NCBI GenBank assembly: GCA_964594475.1
Contig: CAZQMI010000003.1
Span: 1-48,468, forward strand
DNA: 48,468 nt
Reading direction: 5' to 3'
Source: an uncultured Thermoplasmatales archaeon
GTDB taxonomy: Archaea; Thermoplasmatota; E2; DHVEG-1
The notes below the pieces were generated by a model that searched no databases, had not been told where the DNA came from, and saw only the letters and a list, made by a program, of their open reading frames with translations. The position numbers and the translations under genes are program-made. How positions within the stretch are numbered: the first letter of the stretch is position 1; each line of letters starts with the position of its first letter. Positions 18,511 through 28,201 of this stretch are shown piece by piece.

Positions 18511-19788
18511 ATGACCCAAATCAGAGAGGCACAACAAGGAACCATTACTGCTGAAATCAACCAGGTTGCAGATCAAGAACCACTTTCCCTGGAAAAAATA
18601 AAACAAAGAGTCGCCTCGGGAAAAATCGTCATACCCTACAATCCCATTCATCATCCAACTCCTGTCGGCATTGGTAAAGGATGCCGGGTGAAAGTCAATG
18701 CAAACATCGGCACTTCAAGAGAACACTGTCAGATAAAGGAAGAAATTCAAAAAGCACAGATCTCCATGGAGGCCGGAGCCCACGCAGTCATGGATCTTTC
18801 AACAGGCGGAGATCTCAATCAGATACGGAAAAAACTTCTCAATATCGTTACTGTTCCATTCGGCACCGTTCCCATTTATCAAACCGCAATAGAGGCAGTC
18901 GATAAACATGGCGCCATCGTTGATATGACCGAGGATGACATGTTCAACACCTTTGAACAACAAGCAAAACAAGGAGTAGACTTTGCTGTTGTTCACGTAG
19001 GAGTCACCAAGGTAAGTGTAGAACGATTGAAAAAACAACGCCGGCTCATCCCCATGGTGAGTAGAGGGGGAGCCTTTCACATGGCCTGGATCCTTCACCA
19101 TGAACAGGAAAATCCCTTGTATAAAAACTTTGGATATTTGCTTGAACTGGCGAAAACATATGATGTTACCCTTAGTCTCGGCGATGGCATGAGATCTGGA
19201 GCATTATATGACTCAAATGACCGGGCAAAATTCCAGGAACTCATCATCATCGGAGAACTGGTTGAACAAGCACGGAAATCCGGTGTACAAACCATGGTCG
19301 AAGGCCCTGGTCACATGCCACTAAACGACATTCAATCAAACATTGAAGTAATGAAAAAAGTAACAGATGAAGCACCTTATTTTGTGCTCGGTCCACTAGT
19401 CACCGATATCGCCCCTGGCTATGATCACTTCGTTGGTGGTATCGGTGGAGCACTTGCTGGATTTCATGGGGCAGATTTCCTCTGTTATCTTACCCCAGCA
19501 GAACATCTCTGCCTTCCGGATAAAGATGATGTCAAACAAGGAGTGATTGCAACAAGGATTGCAGCACACGCCGCAGATCTTGCACGAGGAATCGATAGAA
19601 AACAAGATGAAACATTCAGCAGAGCACGGGAAGAGCTAGATTGGGAAACCATGTTTCAACTCTGTATCGATAAAGGCCAAGCATCACAATACCGCAAGAA
19701 ACGAGAACCCCTTGAAGATACTAAAGCGTGTAGTATGTGTGGAAATCTCTGCGCCATTGAAATCGTTGAAAAATATTTAAAACGATAG
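18511..19788 (+). CDS. thiC: Phosphomethylpyrimidine synthase (radical SAM, thiamine pyrimidine moiety)
   Basis: ThiC signatures NANIGTS, MDLSTGG, VSRGG, GPGH and C-terminal CSMCG..C. The ATG at 18511 is preceded by GGGGAGAAGG. The ORF-track start at 18493 is a TTG. Confidence 0.95.
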   Translation: MTQIREAQQGTITAEINQVADQEPLSLEKIKQRVASGKIVIPYNPIHHPTPVGIGKGCRVKVNANIGTSREHCQIKEEIQKAQISMEAGAHAVMDLSTGGDLNQIRKKLLNIVTVPFGTVPIYQTAIEAVDKHGAIVDMTEDDMFNTFEQQAKQGVDFAVVHVGVTKVSVERLKKQRRLIPMVSRGGAFHMAWILHHEQENPLYKNFGYLLELAKTYDVTLSLGDGMRSGALYDSNDRAKFQELIIIGELVEQARKSGVQTMVEGPGHMPLNDIQSNIEVMKKVTDEAPYFVLGPLVTDIAPGYDHFVGGIGGALAGFHGADFLCYLTPAEHLCLPDKDDVKQGVIATRIAAHAADLARGIDRKQDETFSRAREELDWETMFQLCIDKGQASQYRKKREPLEDTKACSMCGNLCAIEIVEKYLKR

Positions 19789-19937
19789 TGAAAATGAGAG
19801 TTTTTATAAACAGAGTGACAGTTTTTTGATCAAAAAAGCAATTATATTCATTTAAATCGTTCTCAACCCTGGAAAAATCAAGAAAATAAGGAAAGGTTTA
19901 AATTACAAGATACGTATTTGGGATAGGAGGTTAAAAT

Positions 19938-20123
19938 ATGACCTACGAATATGAAGGATGGACATTATATACAAGAGATGTGAAGCTTAAAGGTGGAAGA
20001 AACCAAACAATTTACTTCTTCAGTAAAAGACAACCAAAGAGTGGAACTCCTTGTGACAAACCAGCAAACTACACCGTTGGTGTCAACAAGAGAACCGGGC
20101 TTCCATATTTAAAGAAAAAATAA
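19938..20123 (+). CDS. Small conserved hypothetical protein (61 aa)
   Basis: Strong SD (TAGGAGGT) upstream of the ATG. The pattern GW.LY....LKGGR...IYFFSK...P.G is one I recall from small archaeal/bacterial hypothetical proteins. It is followed by a hairpin plus T-tract. Confidence 0.6.
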   Translation: MTYEYEGWTLYTRDVKLKGGRNQTIYFFSKRQPKSGTPCDKPANYTVGVNKRTGLPYLKKK

Positions 20124-20128
20124 ACGTT

Positions 20129-20170
20129 GAGAGTAACTCTCTTATTTTTTCTTTTTTCTTTTTCTTATCT
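20129..20170 (+). terminator. Hairpin (GAGAG-TAA-CTCTC) followed by a long T-rich tract
   Basis: 20129-20141 forms a 5-bp stem with a 3-nt loop. 20142-20170 is TTATTTTTTCTTTTTTCTTTTTCTT. It lies directly after the 61-aa gene's stop, and oligo-T tracts terminate archaeal transcription. Confidence 0.5.
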
Positions 20171-20202
20171 GTTTTATGATGAATGTTTGATATCTCTTTT
20201 TC

Positions 20203-22197
20203 TTATTGATATCCACCGATCTTAAGGCTGGGATCACCAAACAATTCCCATTGCTGCACCATTTTCGTATCCATCGTCCAGTCATCATCAAGAAACCGAT
20301 GTAGATACTCCGTCATGGTCTGAGCATGATTCATCCCTAGATCATCCTGCCCGAATTCTCCATATAACTGAAGAAAACGAAGTTCCAACCAGCCATCCAA
20401 GACCTCAAGATAATCAGCGACCCCATTGTAATCCTGATCGTTCTCACCATGAGTACCTAATCCCGTGTTGGCAATGGTTGCAATAGCACCACCACCAATC
20501 CTACTGGTCAACATCCAGGCCCAACAGTTTCCAATCCATTGATTAAACCAGAAATCACCCCAGGGACCAGGACCCTTACTGAAATAATCCTCAATGCCAT
20601 CCTCTAAGATATCAAGTAACATGTTCATCAGGGTAACATCAAACTGACCATTATGACAACCACCGACAATGGTTACAGGATACTTGTTAACATTTTTCAA
20701 AAACAACATATCTCGAATGGTATACTTTGAAGTCCATCTCTTACCATCAGGCGGATAATGCGTGCTCCATGAACGAACACTACCATGACCACAGAAATAA
20801 GCAAATCCGGCACCCTGATTCATCGCAGCATTCACCGTATCCCGGTTGATATCCTCCTCCGGGTCAACCTTTGCATACACTCGCAATGGGTTAAACTCAG
20901 GCATCAACTCAACCGCACGTTCACCGATGAGCTCGCCTTCATTGAATCCCATCTCATCAGCATAGGCATCACCAGCAACCAGCACCAAATTGGAAAACCA
21001 ATCATCATCAGGACTACTCTTTATTTCATAATTAATGATTTTCTGAACCATGGCCACTACCTCAGGTCGACATCGACAGGGCAACCGACCCAGGTAAACA
21101 TCCGGATATAAATCCATGGTCTCATGAAAGGTTGCATTCCACACTGAAAACACATCATCATCATTTGAATCCCAGCTGGAAAAACCTCCCGTGCTATCGT
21201 AAATATCGGCATAGTACAAATCAGAAATAAATGACTGCTCTGGGTATTCCTGCTCAGTTGGGGGGACCACTCGACTGAGTCGAACCGGTAGATTCCAAAT
21301 CGTTGTCTGACCAGAAAGACCACCGACCAAGAGAACATAGGTCACTCCCCATTCCTCAATAGCCTGTTTAATAAAAAATTTGATTTGTTCTTGTTTATCC
21401 CGACCCGGCATTTCATTATAAATCTCCTCGACAGATTTCACTTTGGTATCGATACCAAGATCTTGTTTATGAGACACTAATGGTTTCAACGGGTTCTGAA
21501 ACTTTTTTGGAGTGATAATGACTAAATCAGCAACACCTGGATCATTGAGCATTGGCTGAGCAGGCTCTTGATATTGCACGGTCACTGAGATATTCTTTAT
21601 AAGATGAATCTCACTTTGAACTGGGTTGTAACGAGCTGGATAGACACGTAATACAAAAAAGGTAGTATGATCTCCTTGATCTAACCCACCACCGGTATGA
21701 CTATCAATCCAATCACTGGGATAGAGCGAATCAGCTTGATAGATCAATGGATCAAACGTTGGTTTTCTATTCCTCTGATCTCCATCGAATGAAGGAAACG
21801 AACCACTGGCAAGAACCTCTGTTACCGGAATGATCTCAATGTCAGAATGATTGTAAGAAATACTCACAATAGATGAACCAAAGGGCAATGAAAAACATTC
21901 TACATATGCTGGAATCACAGGTTGTCCAGGATTTCGTTTATTCAAATTAGTACCAGGAACCCGAACCACTGATACATTATCATGGATTTCAATAGTTGCA
22001 TCACCAAAACTAAGATCAATGGAAAAATCCTGAAAATTTTCAGTTGATTTCATTGCATTATCTAAAGAATCATTTTGCAGTAGATCAGTAGGATATGATT
22101 GAAAACTTAATGCATTTGCCGGATGTAATGTAAGCATCAAAAAGCAAAGAATAATGGCCACAGCTGCGTGCTTTTTCTTAAAAGAATGCCGAAACAT
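20203..22197 (-). CDS. Secreted peptidase C25 (gingipain-like cysteine protease) family protein
   Basis: 664-aa ORF with signal peptide KKHAAVAIILCFLMLTLHPANALS. C25-like blocks are YVLLVGG, YADIYD, YLGRLPC, a catalytic His context FAYFCGHGS and a Cys context TIVGGCHNGQF. Confidence 0.75.
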   Translation of the reverse strand: MFRHSFKKKHAAVAIILCFLMLTLHPANALSFQSYPTDLLQNDSLDNAMKSTENFQDFSIDLSFGDATIEIHDNVSVVRVPGTNLNKRNPGQPVIPAYVECFSLPFGSSIVSISYNHSDIEIIPVTEVLASGSFPSFDGDQRNRKPTFDPLIYQADSLYPSDWIDSHTGGGLDQGDHTTFFVLRVYPARYNPVQSEIHLIKNISVTVQYQEPAQPMLNDPGVADLVIITPKKFQNPLKPLVSHKQDLGIDTKVKSVEEIYNEMPGRDKQEQIKFFIKQAIEEWGVTYVLLVGGLSGQTTIWNLPVRLSRVVPPTEQEYPEQSFISDLYYADIYDSTGGFSSWDSNDDDVFSVWNATFHETMDLYPDVYLGRLPCRCRPEVVAMVQKIINYEIKSSPDDDWFSNLVLVAGDAYADEMGFNEGELIGERAVELMPEFNPLRVYAKVDPEEDINRDTVNAAMNQGAGFAYFCGHGSVRSWSTHYPPDGKRWTSKYTIRDMLFLKNVNKYPVTIVGGCHNGQFDVTLMNMLLDILEDGIEDYFSKGPGPWGDFWFNQWIGNCWAWMLTSRIGGGAIATIANTGLGTHGENDQDYNGVADYLEVLDGWLELRFLQLYGEFGQDDLGMNHAQTMTEYLHRFLDDDWTMDTKMVQQWELFGDPSLKIGGYQ

Positions 22198-22371
22198 TTT
22201 GAAATCCCCTAAGTTACTCCTTAATATACTAATTACAACAATACTATTTCATTTATTATTTAAAAATGTTACCATGAATCTGCAGAGAAATACAAAATCT
22301 TGGCATCATACGAATAATTTGAATTAGTAAATCTACCAGATCAAAATAAAAAAATGAACAATGAAAAATGA

Positions 22372-22752
22372 TTATGAATTATTTTTTTCGATAACTGCAT
22401 CAACCCGTTTGATGAGTTCATCCATTTCAAACGGTTTTTCGATATAATCCTCACCAAGAAATTTTCCCGCATCCTCCGCAAGATCATCTGTCCGAGCAGT
22501 TAAAAAAACAACGGGGATATCATTCCAGGTTGAATTATCCTTAAGAGTATCAAAAACCTCCCATCCACTCATCCCAGGCATCATGATGTCAAGAAGAATA
22601 ATATCTGGTTTCTTCCCTTGTTTTAAAAGTTCAATACATTCTTCTCCACTATTGGCACCAATCAGCTCATATTTATCATCATAATTCTTAAAAAGATACT
22701 GAAGAGTCACAATCTGATCGGGCTCATCATCAACAACCATGATCCTATTCAT
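22372..22752 (-). CDS. Stand-alone CheY-like response regulator receiver domain
   Basis: 126-aa ORF with acidic pocket VVDDEPD, phospho-acceptor context IILLDIMMPGMSG, T in VVFLTA and K in IEKPF. There is no output domain. Confidence 0.9.
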   Translation of the reverse strand: MNRIMVVDDEPDQIVTLQYLFKNYDDKYELIGANSGEECIELLKQGKKPDIILLDIMMPGMSGWEVFDTLKDNSTWNDIPVVFLTARTDDLAEDAGKFLGEDYIEKPFEMDELIKRVDAVIEKNNS

Positions 22753-23076
22753 GTCCCATCACAACTATTCTAAATGAACTATCTGGTTATTAAATTTGTT
22801 ATTAATTGTCAAGGAAAAAAATAATATTAAGGATTTTAATTTCATAAAGGGAGAAGAAATCTATTGATTTTAATTCATTGATTACATTTTGAAATGAACC
22901 GAATTCTCAAGCCTAATAGACAAAAACGATTAACACATCAATCTTGAATTTTCTAGATACACTCATGGAATGTATAAGCGTACAATGCCCATAAATGCAC
23001 ATTTTTGGAGGGATGAAAAATCGAAAATACTAAACTGCTTTTCAACACAATCATATTATCATTATAAGATTCTGGT

Positions 23077-26000
23077 TTAGAACAGTTTAATTACCTGAAT
23101 TATTTCAGATTTCGTATTTCCAGCTCTATCAAAAGCAATACATTCTATTTTATAGCTGTGTCTGAGTTGAACGATAGTGTTTTTACTCCAAGTATATACT
23201 TCTGATGTATCAGATGACCAAATATATTGCAAATCATTATTAATATATAATTCAACTCTGTCCAAACCTGTTTCATCATCCCACGCATTGAGTGATATCG
23301 CAATATCGCCGATGATCAATGTTTTAAAAAATAATACTGATGAAGCTATCTGTTGATTATTGATATAAAACGAATGTTTTGTTGGTGAATGTATAATCAT
23401 ATTCGGCGGTGTTTCGTCAAAATAGCCCAATGGATACCGATCATAACTCAATCCACCAATGATATCATATGCTGTATCACCAATACCATCATTGTTCTCA
23501 TCTCTTCCTAAATAATCACTCCAGTAGTTACCACCTGATGGATAGCCGTTATCCCATGAATTGTTTGGGGTTATACTGCCATATGATTTTTGGTCCAAGG
23601 CATTTTTATCATTTTCAAGAAAGTAATTATGAAAAAGAGTATTTTCATCAGAAATAAACATTTTTATTCCTTGCAAATTTTGTTTGATAGTGTTTAAATA
23701 AAAATCATTCTGATCACTCTTATAACTATATATTCCTATGTCGTTTTCACTTATATTGTTTTTTTTCACTATATTATCATCTGAATAATGAAGTTTAATA
23801 CCGTAAAAGGTAGAATTTTTAATAGTATTGCGTTCTATCACATTTTCTGAGCCATCATAGATTTCGATGCCTTGATAGCAAGAGTCAACTGTGTTATCCA
23901 TGACTGTATTTTTTGATCCATATAGATATATAGATGTAACATTTTTATTTAAGTAAAATGAATTTTTAGCAAGATGATTAAATGAACCATACAGTTCTAT
24001 ACCCATACTTTTATAATTATTTTTAAAAAGGTTGTTTAAAAAAGAATTATCATTTCCTTTTAATTCTACAACTCCGCTGTAAAATGTATCTTTATGATCG
24101 GAAAAAACGTTTTTCCCTATGGTATTATTTGAACCTTGTATGGATATCATCTGAGAATACTCGGAAGTAATAAAAGAATTATTCATCACTGTACAGTTTG
24201 TGCAAATACTATACCTTGAGGTATATATTCCATATCCTGGAGCGTAATGTGTCCAATTGCCACCCAAATCCTCCCGATAGCCGGTTATATTTAAAAACGA
24301 ATTATTTTGAATATGAACATGCGAGCAATCGTAAATTATCAAACCAATATAATTATTACCAGAACTATACCCATTGCTGATCAGATTATTATTGATGTTA
24401 ATATAATCAGATGACATCAGTTCAATACCGTATTCAGCAGAATCCTCATCAATGATATTATCAGAGATGTAACAATTCGTACAGTTATATAGATTTAATT
24501 GATAACACACATTTTTTTCGATATAGCAGTTTTCTGAATTCGAAAGAATGGAGTTATGAAACGAGCTATTGTGGATTTCAATATTATCAGAATGAATAAT
24601 ACTAATATGTCCACCATTCTCTGATTGATTGAATAAATTAAAACCAGTACAAAAAGAACAATTAATCAATATGATCTGGCCGCCATCAGATGGAATAGTA
24701 ATAAATTCTTCATTGATCATAACAATAATAGGTTTATTGTTTACTAGATTGCTACCATCAATATCATTTAAGAAATCTGATAGCTTATCACTAATCTCAT
24801 ACTCTACACCACAAGAATGAAAATGATTACTTCGTAACAAATTATAACTCGATTGAATAAATAAAATTCCATGGCGATTTTCAATGAAATAATTATTTTT
24901 AATAACTGAATGATTTGAAAACATAAAATACATAGCATACTTATTAGCTGAACAATAATTGGCAATGAGGTCATTGGTTGAATTATCTTGTATAAACCCA
25001 TAAGAGTTATTCAATAGAGTATTATATTTAAACAAACAATGCTGAGAATTAAGGGAGCAGACAGAAAAAATACAATTTCGAAGAAAATTAGATTCTATAC
25101 TGTTTGATTCATTGCAAAATGAAACAATAATTCCATAGCGAATGTTTTCAATAGTATTTCTGGAAACGATACAATGTGAACAGTTGACCAATTGAATTGC
25201 AGCATATTGATCGGTTATATCCAATGAGGTAATGGTTATATTATTACAATGAACAAGAATGACCTCACCACAATTTTTTGGAATCTTGAAATCACTAACA
25301 TTAATCAAATAATAGATTGGTTTGTCATTAACAATATTGTCATTTGAAACATAATTACAATAAAAAGAAGGATTTGATCCCCGCACCCATAGTCCACCAT
25401 CATAAAATCTATTGCAAGACAGTACATTTGATTTACTATCTAAAAACCGAAAACCTGCCGGTGAATGAATGGTATTATTTATAAAAGAATTCCCATTGGA
25501 AAAAAACAAATACGCACCAAAATAGTACGAATTAATCATATTTGCTTCGATACTATTTTCATGGGAGTTATCTAAGACAATTCCATATAATGAAGCATTA
25601 CATTGATTATTATGGAACGTGTTATGATTACTTTGATAAAATTCAATATCCTCATTAATGATATTATCATAAATCTCTGAATTATTAACATTCAGTATCA
25701 ATATACTATAAGACATACCCTCCAAACTTAAGTGGGAAATTGAAACATTATCGGCAAGGATTATCATAGTACTATAAATATGAACACTTTCTGGATCCTC
25801 TCCCTGAATTGTAATCGAACGATCAATATACAATTCTTCATCATAATATGATCCATATTCACCAGATTTGATACAAACCTTATCATCCAATCCCGCACTC
25901 ATTATCGCCTCAGATATCAATCTAAAATCATAATGATCTTCACCATTTGCATCAACGATAAAGATATTGTATTCATTATTTACAACAATTAATGCAATTG

Positions 26001-27804
26001 ACACGAATGATTTATTATGAGCAATTACCTGTAATTTTATGATATAACACCTATCAGGTACCAAATCAGTATTCCATGTTCCAATCAACTCGTTAGAACT
26101 ATTTGTTGAATATTCAATAGTTGTCCAATTATCCGAAACAAAATCAGTTAGATTACAATAACTCAATGAATAATGGTGAAAATCTTGTCCCCAGGCTTTA
26201 CCAAATATGGCCAAGGTTCCTTTTCCGTTGGTCCAATCTGAAAACGGATCGATACGCGCGATTGCAGGTTGACGAGTAATAATATCATATGCATCCACTG
26301 ATCCCTGTCCGGCATAGGTAGTGGTATTCATTTTTTTTATTCCGGATATTATCATCGATCTAATCAGTTCTGTTGATAAACTTTGATTTTTAGAAAGCAA
26401 CAATCCTGCTATACCAGCAACGAATGGGCAGGCCATACTTGTACCACTATATCTTTCATATTCATTGTTTGGAACCGTACTCAAAATATCTACTCCAGGT
26501 GCAGCAAGATCCGTCCAAAAACCATGATTAGAAAAGGATGCAAGAGTATTATCATGATCCATCGCAGCAACAGCAATAACCTGTTCATAGGAACTTGGAA
26601 AATGATTTTTTGAATCAGATCCATCATTTCCAGCAGCAGCAACCAAAAAAACACCGTGGTCAGAAGCATATTCTACTGCATCTTGAATAAGTGAGGAGCT
26701 TATGGTACCACCCCAACTCATACTAATAATGTCAGCACCATTATCAACAGCATAATAGATTGCTTTTGAAAGATCATATACCGTTCCACTTCCTCCACTG
26801 TTGAGACCTTTGACGGGCATCAATGAACAATGCCATGCAACACCAGCAATTCCTTTAGTATTATCGGATACAGCACCAGCAATACCTGCACAGTGAGTTC
26901 CATGAAAATGATCATCAAATGGATCAGAATCATTGTTTATGAAATCCCAGCCATGAACATCATCAATAAATCCATTTTGATCATCATCAATATCATTGTT
27001 AGCGATTTCATTTGGATTTACCCAAATATTTTCCTCAAGATCCTCATGCGTATAATCAATTCCTGTATCAATAATGGCAATAACGATATCTGAAGATCCT
27101 TGTTGAATATCCCATGCTTCTGGTGCATTGATATCACAATCATTTGATTGATTAAGGCCCCATTGTTGATTAAAATATGGATCATCTGGAATGACGCAGT
27201 TTTTATAAATAAAATTTGGTTCTGCAAATTCTACATCAGGATGCTTATTAAAATCATTGATTACATCAAAAATATTTGCTCCATTTGTAACTTTACCTTT
27301 GTAAAACCGATATATTTTCTCGTTGCTGTTTTTGTATGTATATCTATTATGATGACTAGCATCAATAGTAACGTTATGTGTTACACACAGATTGAAAAGT
27401 GATTTGTTATGATTGAATAACTCTTTGGGTTCATGTTCATTAAAAAAAGATGAATCAAAGTTTAATTTTATGATGAATTCATTTTCACTGACGTTGAAAT
27501 ATTTTGAATTATATTTTTCGTATTTCTCTTCACGAAATGGTTTTTCATTATGAGTGCCATAGGTATTGTTTATAATTATTGATTGATTTCGTTCATTGGT
27601 ATAATTTATTCTATTGACTTCATCTTCAACATTGACATGTTGTGAATAATAGTGGGATGATTGTATATTTTCAAAATCAGATGGCGTGTATTTTTGAGTA
27701 TTAGGATTTTTCATCGCCATTGAATCAAAGGAAGTGAAAAAACAGGTATTGAATAATATCATGATGATAATCAATATGAATTGAATTTTGCCCCGTTTTT
27801 TCAT
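23077..27804 (-). CDS. Giant secreted subtilisin-like serine protease (S8) fused to a long parallel beta-helix (PbH1/NosD-like) region and C-terminal Ig-like domain
   Basis: 1575-aa ORF with GGAGG 5 nt upstream and a signal peptide. I verified the catalytic triad codons by hand: D246 (27067-27069, IIDTGID), H301 (26902-26904, HGTHCAG), S456 (26437-26439, SGTSMACP). After about residue 640 there are tens of N/I/S/Y-rich beta-helix turns, then a NosD-like DENNDGIGDTAYD. Confidence 0.9.
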   Translation of the reverse strand: MKKRGKIQFILIIIMILFNTCFFTSFDSMAMKNPNTQKYTPSDFENIQSSHYYSQHVNVEDEVNRINYTNERNQSIIINNTYGTHNEKPFREEKYEKYNSKYFNVSENEFIIKLNFDSSFFNEHEPKELFNHNKSLFNLCVTHNVTIDASHHNRYTYKNSNEKIYRFYKGKVTNGANIFDVINDFNKHPDVEFAEPNFIYKNCVIPDDPYFNQQWGLNQSNDCDINAPEAWDIQQGSSDIVIAIIDTGIDYTHEDLEENIWVNPNEIANNDIDDDQNGFIDDVHGWDFINNDSDPFDDHFHGTHCAGIAGAVSDNTKGIAGVAWHCSLMPVKGLNSGGSGTVYDLSKAIYYAVDNGADIISMSWGGTISSSLIQDAVEYASDHGVFLVAAAGNDGSDSKNHFPSSYEQVIAVAAMDHDNTLASFSNHGFWTDLAAPGVDILSTVPNNEYERYSGTSMACPFVAGIAGLLLSKNQSLSTELIRSMIISGIKKMNTTTYAGQGSVDAYDIITRQPAIARIDPFSDWTNGKGTLAIFGKAWGQDFHHYSLSYCNLTDFVSDNWTTIEYSTNSSNELIGTWNTDLVPDRCYIIKLQVIAHNKSFVSIALIVVNNEYNIFIVDANGEDHYDFRLISEAIMSAGLDDKVCIKSGEYGSYYDEELYIDRSITIQGEDPESVHIYSTMIILADNVSISHLSLEGMSYSILILNVNNSEIYDNIINEDIEFYQSNHNTFHNNQCNASLYGIVLDNSHENSIEANMINSYYFGAYLFFSNGNSFINNTIHSPAGFRFLDSKSNVLSCNRFYDGGLWVRGSNPSFYCNYVSNDNIVNDKPIYYLINVSDFKIPKNCGEVILVHCNNITITSLDITDQYAAIQLVNCSHCIVSRNTIENIRYGIIVSFCNESNSIESNFLRNCIFSVCSLNSQHCLFKYNTLLNNSYGFIQDNSTNDLIANYCSANKYAMYFMFSNHSVIKNNYFIENRHGILFIQSSYNLLRSNHFHSCGVEYEISDKLSDFLNDIDGSNLVNNKPIIVMINEEFITIPSDGGQIILINCSFCTGFNLFNQSENGGHISIIHSDNIEIHNSSFHNSILSNSENCYIEKNVCYQLNLYNCTNCYISDNIIDEDSAEYGIELMSSDYININNNLISNGYSSGNNYIGLIIYDCSHVHIQNNSFLNITGYREDLGGNWTHYAPGYGIYTSRYSICTNCTVMNNSFITSEYSQMISIQGSNNTIGKNVFSDHKDTFYSGVVELKGNDNSFLNNLFKNNYKSMGIELYGSFNHLAKNSFYLNKNVTSIYLYGSKNTVMDNTVDSCYQGIEIYDGSENVIERNTIKNSTFYGIKLHYSDDNIVKKNNISENDIGIYSYKSDQNDFYLNTIKQNLQGIKMFISDENTLFHNYFLENDKNALDQKSYGSITPNNSWDNGYPSGGNYWSDYLGRDENNDGIGDTAYDIIGGLSYDRYPLGYFDETPPNMIIHSPTKHSFYINNQQIASSVLFFKTLIIGDIAISLNAWDDETGLDRVELYINNDLQYIWSSDTSEVYTWSKNTIVQLRHSYKIECIAFDRAGNTKSEIIQVIKLF

Positions 27805-28058
27805 ATAATCCTCCCCGTATAATTAAAGGTTAAGAATCAAATAAATATATTATTATATTACATATAAATGTTATTATCTACATCTATTATTATTCTTTAT
27901 AATTGGTTACATAGTTAAATATCAAGTTAATCTTGCTTTTCGTCATTGAGCCGTTACAGATAATAAAATCAGCCAAATTCTTAAGATTAAGCAACCAAAA
28001 CAATTAAATCATAAATCAGAATTCATAGGATACGTATAGGGCGCATAACCTCATTTTT

Positions 28059-28129
28059 GGGCGGGTAACAAAGCGGCTATGTGGGGGACTGCAGATCCTC
28101 ATACGGGGGTTCAAATCCCTCCCCGCCCT
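28059..28129 (+). tRNA. tRNA-Cys (anticodon GCA)
   Basis: GGGCGGG acceptor pairs perfectly with CCCGCCC (28122-28128). The anticodon stem is GGGGA/TCCTC with loop CTGCAGA (GCA at 34-36). The T loop is GTTCAAATC. No CCA is encoded. Confidence 0.9.
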
Positions 28130-28201
28130 TATATCTATCTCTTATTCTTCGTATGCAAATCTCATTACATATTTATTTCAATATTAAAATTTAAATACTA
28201 T

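Noticed and set aside
22753-28058. Genomic-island hypothesis for the S8 giant gene next to tRNA-Cys (att-like repeats, integrase)
   Set aside because: No integrase or transposase ORF is present. I found no copy of the tRNA-Cys 3' end. The only flank similarity is about 12/16 nt (GAATTCTCAAGCCTAA vs AAATTCTTAAGATTAA) in AT-rich DNA, which is not distinguishable from chance. The catalytic-domain part of the gene also has ordinary GC.
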